This document shows, piece by piece, positions 56,916 to 64,000 of a DNA stretch of 64,000 bases. A program made the position numbers and the translations under genes. The DNA is taken from positions 25,998 through 89,997 of the forward strand of contig JBDTWO010000001.1 in the NCBI GenBank assembly GCA_040006635.1, in the 5' to 3' direction. The notes beneath the pieces were generated by a model. It was not told the DNA's origin, searched no databases, and worked only from the letters and a program-made list of their open reading frames with translations. How positions within the stretch are numbered: the first letter of the stretch is position 1; every line of letters starts with the position of its first letter. The stretch comes from Chloroflexota bacterium. GTDB taxonomy: Bacteria; Chloroflexota; Anaerolineae; Anaerolineales; Villigracilaceae.

Positions 56916-58615
56916 TGGATGGCCGACCCGCACGATCATGGTTCACGTTTTGGCAAAGGCTTTTCCGCATAGCGCTTTTCGCGGGAGTCTTATATAGCAT
57001 TCGCGATAATCTATTCATATTTAAACAGGAACTTTCGAACTTATACCAAAACCATATGCCGCTATCAAACCAAAGCGCATATGTGGGCGAATTTGCACTG
57101 GAGGCGGGGGTATTTTTATTTATCACCTATGTCATTTTTATATTCTGGTTTGCTCAATTCATCCTGCCAGTTGCAAGTCTTGAGCAGCGACTTCAAGCGG
57201 CCTGGCGGCTATTCATCTATAGTATTAGCTGGGGTCATTGGCATGGTCCCGCCATTTTTGTACAACATGGGAAAAACAGCGACCCACTGGATGAGCGTGA
57301 AAAAACCAAACCGGGTGTGGCTTTCATCGATCTCAGAAGCGCCGTCACTATTGATCACTTCCGCGGAAAAGAGGTCGAAGAAACCGGCGATCCCTCGATC
57401 AAACCCCAAATCGTACATTTTCTGCCCTTCAGCAATAAGGGCTACTCAGCCAGAATCCGCGTGGCGGGTCCCGGACTCACGTTCACAAAAAAGAACGAAA
57501 AGATCACCGGGGTTGTGGACTTGCGCAATCAAAGTCGCACGCGCAAGGATGTCTTTGCCGATACGCGTGACGGTATCCGTATTAAAACAAATATTTCATG
57601 CAGTTTCACAGTAGGACAACCTCCCGAGGTTCTGGATGTATGGCTGGGCGGAGTAAATTCAGACCAAGTCTTTGTGGTCGAGTGGGAAACCCCCAACATC
57701 GAACCTCTCATCATCAAGAAATTAATTCCTAACGAACTGGCTCTCGAAGATGAAAAAGAAATATGGGAGTTTGCCCATAACAATCCAGACCCGATAACTG
57801 AGCCAACCGATGTTCCGGCTGCGCAATTTCCATTCACTTTCGATTCCAATAGAGTGAAAAACGCCATCTACACCGAGACTCATCTTAATGACCCGTCAAA
57901 TAACCCCAACCTTCTGAAAAAATGGTTGGATTGGCCCCAAGATGTAGCGGCAGAAAAATTCCGCCTGCTTTTATCGAAACAGCCATACATGAATCTCTAT
58001 GCTCCCGAAAAGCAGGAGACCGATGCGATGAAGCTATTCAAGCGGGCGCTGCTCGTCCAAGTCCGCAACATGGGTGTACTGGCATACCGCTTGATCAAAC
58101 ACCGCAATGGGCAGGCTTTGGAAGTTGGAAAAACCTATCAGAAACCTGATCTGATCATTTATCCAGCCCACAATCTAACCCGCTCTGATGTCCTCAGAGA
58201 TCGCGGCATTAAAGTGCTTACTGCGGGTTTTTCAGAATTGGTTCCTCAAGATGAGACAGTCCGCCAGCGCCTGACCGAGGCATGGCTCTCAGCCAAAAAG
58301 AGAGAGGCAGCCATCAAGTTTGCCGATTACAACCTCGAAGCAACCCGCATCAAAAATCATGCGCGCGTCCGCACCCAACAAAACATGATCTACCATCTCA
58401 CGCAATTACTTGAGAATCAGGAGTATCCACGTGAAGCGCTGGCAATGCTGATCTATCAGGAACTGGAAGCCGCCGCTGCAAACCCTGAGACCCGGCGCTT
58501 GCTTCCAGAGCAAACCTTGAATCTCATCACGGGCATCGGCGAATGGCTTTTACCGCATCCGAAAAATGAAAAACCCGATGAGCCGCCCTCGTTACACCTG
58601 GATGAAAATCATTGA
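56915..58615 (+). CDS. Membrane protein with a divergent SPFH/band-7-like domain
   Basis: N-terminal TM helices, DLRxQ..TRDGI motif, helical C-terminus; ATG overlaps the upstream TAA. Confidence 0.6.
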   Translation: MDGRPARSWFTFWQRLFRIALFAGVLYSIRDNLFIFKQELSNLYQNHMPLSNQSAYVGEFALEAGVFLFITYVIFIFWFAQFILPVASLEQRLQAAWRLFIYSISWGHWHGPAIFVQHGKNSDPLDEREKTKPGVAFIDLRSAVTIDHFRGKEVEETGDPSIKPQIVHFLPFSNKGYSARIRVAGPGLTFTKKNEKITGVVDLRNQSRTRKDVFADTRDGIRIKTNISCSFTVGQPPEVLDVWLGGVNSDQVFVVEWETPNIEPLIIKKLIPNELALEDEKEIWEFAHNNPDPITEPTDVPAAQFPFTFDSNRVKNAIYTETHLNDPSNNPNLLKKWLDWPQDVAAEKFRLLLSKQPYMNLYAPEKQETDAMKLFKRALLVQVRNMGVLAYRLIKHRNGQALEVGKTYQKPDLIIYPAHNLTRSDVLRDRGIKVLTAGFSELVPQDETVRQRLTEAWLSAKKREAAIKFADYNLEATRIKNHARVRTQQNMIYHLTQLLENQEYPREALAMLIYQELEAAAANPETRRLLPEQTLNLITGIGEWLLPHPKNEKPDEPPSLHLDENH

Positions 58616-59901
58616 GTCGAGAAACCCATAGGTACCCTATGTCCATATTTACTCGCATTCAACAGTTCTTCGTAGGCGACCAGCCCTGGGCGGGCCGGAT
58701 TCGCTTTTTGATATTTTTTCTCATCCCGGTTGGAGGCTTGTCTTTCCATATCTACAACAGTATTAAATCCGGTGCGCCCTTTGCCATGGATAAGATCATC
58801 CTGTTGTATCTGCTCAGTTTTATCTGGGCGCTGGCTTCAGCGGTCTACTACATCCGAGACATTTACCAAACAGACACGGATACACCGCCGTTCCGATATT
58901 TTCTGGCAAGCTTCTTCGGCATCTTCGTACCGCGCGTAAAAATCAAAAACGGAACAATAGAATCTGAGCGGGATATGGTAGAAAAGATCGGCGGACCCGC
59001 TTATTTGGATATAGACGCCGGTTCGGCGGTTTTGACGGAAACCCTGACCGGACCTGCCAATGTTTTTGGTCACGGCAAAAAATACTTTATGCCAAACCAC
59101 GAACGTATTGCTGAGATCGTGGACCTGCGCCAACAGGAAGGAGCCATCCCCGATCTGACCGTTACCGCGCGTGATGGCATTCAGGTTAAGGTTGAAAACG
59201 TAAAGTTCAACTATCGCATCTGGGATAATCGCTGGGAGAACCTGTACAAAGGTAAAACCGTGCCTCGCAATCCGTATCCTTATTCCAAACAGGCAATTCA
59301 CAATTATGCCTACAATCGCGCCGTAAAGCTAAACAAGGCCGACCAACCTGAGCTAACTCCTTGGCTTGATGCAGTACGAGGAAGCATCATCGGAATCATC
59401 AGCGGTTACATTAGCGACCATAGACTAGATGATGTAATTGCCCCCAAAGAACAGGATGAAAAGAAGCATCCGCGTCAGATCATCCATGGCAAAGCTTTCC
59501 TCTCAGACTTTAAATCTGGCTTACAAAAGATCGGCACCATCCTAAACTGGTGGGACCCAGGCGAATTCAAATGCGAAGACCCCGATGTACAGCAGCGCTT
59601 TGTCACTAATTGGAGCGTGGATATCATGAGTACGATTGAGATCAACAAAGCCCACGGCGATGCGCAAAAACAAGCATATGAAGAATTGGGCAGAGCCGAG
59701 GCAGAAGCCGAATTGTTGACCAGCATCATCCATGCGCTGGATGGCGTCCACCTCGGAAAGAATAAGGCACAGACCCTGCAAAACCTCATTCTAATGCGTA
59801 CTGCCCAAGTGATCAGAGCTTTGAATACGCCTCCGGCTGTAGATCAATTATCGAAATCGCCTGAAAAACCATCATCCGATAATGAACATAAAACAAAGTA
59901 A
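58612..59901 (+). CDS. Second SPFH/band-7-like membrane protein
   Basis: Two TM helices, DLRQQ..TARDGIQV, Ala/Glu-rich RAEAEAELL tail. Confidence 0.6.
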   Translation: MSRETHRYPMSIFTRIQQFFVGDQPWAGRIRFLIFFLIPVGGLSFHIYNSIKSGAPFAMDKIILLYLLSFIWALASAVYYIRDIYQTDTDTPPFRYFLASFFGIFVPRVKIKNGTIESERDMVEKIGGPAYLDIDAGSAVLTETLTGPANVFGHGKKYFMPNHERIAEIVDLRQQEGAIPDLTVTARDGIQVKVENVKFNYRIWDNRWENLYKGKTVPRNPYPYSKQAIHNYAYNRAVKLNKADQPELTPWLDAVRGSIIGIISGYISDHRLDDVIAPKEQDEKKHPRQIIHGKAFLSDFKSGLQKIGTILNWWDPGEFKCEDPDVQQRFVTNWSVDIMSTIEINKAHGDAQKQAYEELGRAEAEAELLTSIIHALDGVHLGKNKAQTLQNLILMRTAQVIRALNTPPAVDQLSKSPEKPSSDNEHKTK

Positions 59902-59913
59902 AGGGTATTAATT

Positions 59914-61086
59914 ATGACTGTCCCCGAATCTACAATGAGCAATTTGAAAATCTGGCTAAAAGAATCCATTGACTGGCTCCACAAGGATGGTTCAAAGGAG
60001 ATACTCCAGCACTCAAATCATAAGCTGATTGAGCTAATGAATGAGGATAAGGATAAGAACCTCACTGTCCGTGTTTGGGACAGGATTGATGAATTAGAAA
60101 AATTAACTCTACATTTGACAAACACATATGAACAAGGTGAAATTTATATTCTCTGTGCTAAAATGGCAGCCGATCTGGAGAACATCAAAGACGCATCGCG
60201 TCTATTCCAAGCCGCAGAAAGCAAATATAAATCATACCCGCATCAACGTGCAGTGGCACTTTGGATGTTAGGCTGCCTTTATTGGGTGACTAGCCAAACA
60301 GTGGATGCAATCTCATCATGGCAAGATGCTATTTCCCTTTTTGAAGAACGCTCTAACAGTGTCCAAGTCAGTCAAACAATGATCAATTGGTACGCAGACA
60401 AGATAAAAAAGTTAAGTGATTATTTAGACTTGGCTCTCACCCACGAAGAACTGCCTACGTACGCCCAAAATCCCATTAATCCTGCTGCCAATCATGCTAA
60501 ACCCGCGGCATCAGCTCCAGAACCAGAACCAGACTCAGACCCAAACCCAGATCCCGACCCGGTACCCGAGGCGGAAGACCTCGACTCACTCCGCTGGCTC
60601 TCTTGCTTCGTGAGCGATTCTGTTCCAGCCGGAGGCTTTGGTCCAACAGGCTATGATCCAGACCCGGTCGGTTATCTTGAAATTTCAGAAGTTCAGATTC
60701 AAGATCAAGCGTATGAAATTCACAGCACAAAGACAAAATCCATCAAAAGAAACACTGTCAATATTGTATCTCTTACAGAATATCAGACCGTTCGCGTGAC
60801 GGGCACGAGCATGAATGTCGCCAAGCCAGTGCCCATCGAAGATGGTGATTACATCCTCGTACACCGGCAGAGCAATCCCAACGACAGCGAAATCGTTGTA
60901 GCCGGAATCATCGGCGAAGACAACCTTGCCACGGTCAAACGGCTTAAATATCGCAACGGCAAAATACAACTACTGCCAGAAAGCACAGACGAGAGTCATT
61001 ACAACCACCCCAACTACGAAAAAGAATGGACTCCCAATGAGATACGGATCATCGGCGTGGTTGAAGCCGTGTTCAAGAAAAAATGA
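59914..61086 (+). CDS. TPR-like helical N-domain + LexA/S24 peptidase C-domain
   Basis: VPAGG (AG-like scissile site), VTGTSM (Ser), ATVKR (Lys), IIGVV; PE/PD linker; no HTH recognisable. Confidence 0.8.
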   Translation: MTVPESTMSNLKIWLKESIDWLHKDGSKEILQHSNHKLIELMNEDKDKNLTVRVWDRIDELEKLTLHLTNTYEQGEIYILCAKMAADLENIKDASRLFQAAESKYKSYPHQRAVALWMLGCLYWVTSQTVDAISSWQDAISLFEERSNSVQVSQTMINWYADKIKKLSDYLDLALTHEELPTYAQNPINPAANHAKPAASAPEPEPDSDPNPDPDPVPEAEDLDSLRWLSCFVSDSVPAGGFGPTGYDPDPVGYLEISEVQIQDQAYEIHSTKTKSIKRNTVNIVSLTEYQTVRVTGTSMNVAKPVPIEDGDYILVHRQSNPNDSEIVVAGIIGEDNLATVKRLKYRNGKIQLLPESTDESHYNHPNYEKEWTPNEIRIIGVVEAVFKKK

Positions 61087-61105
61087 TCCATCCCCAACAG
61101 CCACG

Positions 61106-62173
61106 CTACTTTGATAGGCTCTTCAATACACCAGCCAACACCGCAACAGACTTGGCGTAATCTTCCAACGGAATATGCTCGTTCGGCGTGTGATCCAGAG
61201 TCGAATCGCCGGGACCATACACCACGGCTGGACATTTCCACACGGGCGCGACGATGTTCAGATCAGCAGTTCCCGTTTTATAGACAAAGCGCGGCTCGCC
61301 TCCATTTGACCTGATTCCGCTTAAGAAGCTGCGTACAAGCGCAGTGTTTTTCTCACATCCCCATGCGGGAACGGCGAATCCGGTTGGTTCGATAATCAAG
61401 TGACAGTCACCTTCAAGGTGACTGTCACTTATTATCTCATTCAACTTCTCATACCAAGCCCCCGGTGAAACTTCCACCGGCAAACGGACTCCCACTTTCA
61501 AGCGCGCCCATTGTTCGAAGTCATTGGAGTCTGATTCCATACCGCGCAGAGTCGTCAGTAATTTATCAAATATTTTTTGCTTGTTGGCATTGAACGAATC
61601 AACGTAGGCTTTTATCTTCAACCAAACTTCAACTGCGGCTTCGGCGGCGGTCTCTTCGCCGCTGGCGGTATGAGCCTGTCCGCGCTTGACGGTGATATTT
61701 GCCCACGCACTACCTTTATAGCCGAGCGCAACGCGATCCCATTGATTGGGTTCGCCGATGATCGCAAAATCTGGTTTGTATTGGTCGACGACAAATCTTG
61801 CGCCTTCTGAATTGCGCTCTTCTTCGACCGCGCCAATAACTACAAATTGCCAGCCTTCTTTTTTCCCAACCTGTGCCACCGCATCCACAAAACATGCCAA
61901 CGGACCTTTCGCATCCACTGAGCCGCGCCCGTAAAGCGAGATAGTATCTCGCTCAACTTTTATTTCTCCCGGCACAGTATCAATATGACCGAGCAACACA
62001 ACCTGCTTCGTTCCCTGCCCCATCACACCGACGGCATTGCCCGCATCATCAATGAATGCCTCATCATAACCAAGCGACTTCATCCGCGCGACGAGCCACT
62101 CCACTGCGCCGCGTTCCTGCCCGGAGGGACTGTATTGCGAAACCAATCCGATCAGCGTTTCAAAATCGCTCAT
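61106..62173 (-). CDS. lysK: [LysW]-lysine/ornithine hydrolase (M20, ArgE-like)
   Basis: LLGHIDTV, GRGSVDAKG, VEEE, IIGEP, GTADLN, YGPGD...DHTPNEH. Confidence 0.85.
   Translation of the reverse strand: MSDFETLIGLVSQYSPSGQERGAVEWLVARMKSLGYDEAFIDDAGNAVGVMGQGTKQVVLLGHIDTVPGEIKVERDTISLYGRGSVDAKGPLACFVDAVAQVGKKEGWQFVVIGAVEEERNSEGARFVVDQYKPDFAIIGEPNQWDRVALGYKGSAWANITVKRGQAHTASGEETAAEAAVEVWLKIKAYVDSFNANKQKIFDKLLTTLRGMESDSNDFEQWARLKVGVRLPVEVSPGAWYEKLNEIISDSHLEGDCHLIIEPTGFAVPAWGCEKNTALVRSFLSGIRSNGGEPRFVYKTGTADLNIVAPVWKCPAVVYGPGDSTLDHTPNEHIPLEDYAKSVAVLAGVLKSLSK
61398..61430. repeat. Perfect 33-bp palindrome in-frame within lysK
   Basis: AAGTGACAGTCACCTT-C-AAGGTGACTGTCACTT. Confidence 0.85.
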
Positions 62174-62232
62174 TCGTTAAATCCGTTTATCCGTTATGCG
62201 AAGCCATCCGTTCACAATATCCGTTTGCCCAG

Positions 62233-63408
62233 TTAATTTTCCGCTACCAATTCTTCGGTCAACACTTCGGCAAGCGCATCCACAACCCGATCGATCTGTT
62301 CATAGGAAATTACCAATGGCGGCAACAAGCGGATAACGGTCATCCCCGCATTCAATGCAATAATGTGTCTTTCCTGCAACGCCTTGATATACGGCGCAAC
62401 CTTCTGCTTCATTTCAATACCGATCATCAAGCCCATGCCGCGGACTTCACGTACGCCCGGGATATGCAAGGCTCGCAGTTTATCACGGAAATAAGCACCT
62501 TTGACGAGTGCCTGACGCGGCAGATCTTCTTCAACAATCACACCCAAGGCTGCAATTGCCGCCGCACATGCCAGCGGATTTCCGCCAAACGTCGAGCCGT
62601 GGACTCCGGGCGTCAGATTCTTCACGTTTTTGCCGATCAATACGGCACCCATCGGCACGCCACCCGCAATAGACTTGGCACACGTCAGCAGATCAGGCAC
62701 AATATGAAATTGTTGAATCGCAAACATGCTGCCCGTGCGTCCAAAGCCGGTTTGGATCTCGTCCACGATCAACAGTGCGCCGCGTTCATCACAGATCCGA
62801 CGCGCGGCTTGGATGTATTCATCTGTTATAGGATACACGCCACCTTCACCTTGAATAACTTCGAGGATCACAGCGGCGGTTTCTTCGTTCACGGCTTTAT
62901 CCAAAGCTTCGATGTTGTTATAGGCAACGTGACTAAAGCCCGGCACGAGCGGTTCAAAACCTTCGCGATATTTTTTGTTATAAGTCGCAGAGAGTGAACC
63001 ATACGTTCTCCCGTGAAAAGCTCTCATCGCCGCCACAATATTTTTTCGTCCGGTTGAAATGCGCGCAAATTTGAACGCGGCTTCCACGGACTCGGTCCCT
63101 GAATTGCAAAAGAAGACGCGGTCGAGTTCAGGGATGAAGGATGTGATCTTCTCCATCAACTCGGCGCGCTTATCGTTGGGGAAGGTCTCGAAAAGCGTTA
63201 TCAGCGTGGACGCCTGCTTATAGAGCGCCTCGGCGATTTTCGGGTGAGCGTGACCGAGATTGGCAACGCCATGTCCAGATGAACAGTCGATATACTCCAC
63301 GCCGTCCACGTCAAATAACGACGCACCTTGTCCGCGCACGATCGTCAATGTCTGCTTGGCATAGACGCCCGATGTGTGTTTATTTTCGATATCAATAATG
63401 TTTTGCAT
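62233..63408 (-). CDS. lysJ: [LysW]-aminoadipate-semialdehyde / acetylornithine aminotransferase
   Basis: [38 protein letters not shown]; adjacent to lysK. Confidence 0.85.
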   Translation of the reverse strand: MQNIIDIENKHTSGVYAKQTLTIVRGQGASLFDVDGVEYIDCSSGHGVANLGHAHPKIAEALYKQASTLITLFETFPNDKRAELMEKITSFIPELDRVFFCNSGTESVEAAFKFARISTGRKNIVAAMRAFHGRTYGSLSATYNKKYREGFEPLVPGFSHVAYNNIEALDKAVNEETAAVILEVIQGEGGVYPITDEYIQAARRICDERGALLIVDEIQTGFGRTGSMFAIQQFHIVPDLLTCAKSIAGGVPMGAVLIGKNVKNLTPGVHGSTFGGNPLACAAAIAALGVIVEEDLPRQALVKGAYFRDKLRALHIPGVREVRGMGLMIGIEMKQKVAPYIKALQERHIIALNAGMTVIRLLPPLVISYEQIDRVVDALAEVLTEELVAEN

Positions 63409-63816
63409 ACTTACCTCTATTTATGTGAAGATTAAAAACAGCCCACCAAGAAGGCAGGCTGTTTGTGTTGATTTGTGCGCTTGTTATTTCATCATCCAAC
63501 AAAAAGACCAACCTTCTCAAATAAAGCTGGCTTGGGACGACGGATACGCGGTAACACAAATTTCGGATACATACTGGGCGCAATTCTACTACCGATATGA
63601 AACGCGTCAATGGCTTTGGGGAAGTTCTCATTGAAATATTACCCAAATGGGTAATACGACCTGAGGTCGTTGTACTTTTGCTACGGCGGTTCTATAATTT
63701 GGTTTATTTTGCTATAAAATTCTCAACCTGCAAACCGACATCCTTAAAGCAGACTTGGGTATATAGTGAATGAGATGTGAGATCGGAATTGGTATCAGCA
63801 AAAAGGAATTTCCATT

Positions 63817-63897
63817 ATGATGCTCATCTTGGCTGTGTTAGTGGTTGTTGCGATTATTGCCGCAATAACTTTGTACGATCATTTCAAAAGCAAATAG
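63817..63897 (+). CDS. 26-aa single-TM small protein (absent from the ORF track)
   Basis: AAAGGA RBS; MMLILAVLVVVAIIAAITLYDHFKSK. Confidence 0.45.
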   Translation: MMLILAVLVVVAIIAAITLYDHFKSK

Positions 63898-64000
63898 GCA
63901 GTATCCCACTATCCCTCAAGCGGACTTCCTCAACCCAGTCTCAGACACATCGCCACAGGGACAATCCCCTTGGATACGGCGCATGGCGAAGCGAGGGAGA

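Noticed and set aside
63374-63646. Possible transposase (RAYT/IS200) fragment LAWDDGYAVTQIS, or a lysine riboswitch upstream of lysJ
   Set aside because: Only a vague resemblance to the W..GY motif with no HUH motif; no riboswitch consensus recognised.
63917-64000. C-terminus of a minus-strand gene (LPRFAMRRIQGDCPCGDVSETGLRKSA)
   Set aside because: Too short at the window edge to choose a frame or family.

Overview
This is a bacterial chromosomal window. Thr/Pro-rich lipoproteins, lysJ/lysK-type genes and the REP repertoire suggest Chloroflexota/Anaerolineae; that assignment is inference. The backbone is housekeeping: pit+DUF47, serB, tnaA, recJ, rpsF-ssb-rpsR, rnc-smc, aspS-gatCAB, an NAD-linked formate dehydrogenase cluster and lysJ-lysK. 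It is peppered with single-gene AT-richer insertions and many small palindromic or periodic elements, several lying in-frame inside genes. Main highlights: (1) an unannotated 27-codon Asn/Asp-rich leader peptide with complete 1:2 / 2:3 / 3:4 attenuator pairings in front of a non-discriminating aspS-gatCAB operon; (2) duplicated gatA and triplicated gatB 3' tails bracketing foreign cargo, all starting at an AAGTCGC-like motif; (3) a repeated promoter/uORF leader forming a small cassette array with a TIR-TPR gene; (4) a selenocysteine FDH alpha (in-frame TGA plus SECIS) in tandem with a Cys paralog; (5) a DUF4062-STAND-TPR NLR-like gene and a KAP-remnant/SPFH/SPFH/S24-peptidase operon. No tRNA, rRNA, CRISPR array, integrase or full-length transposase was recognised.
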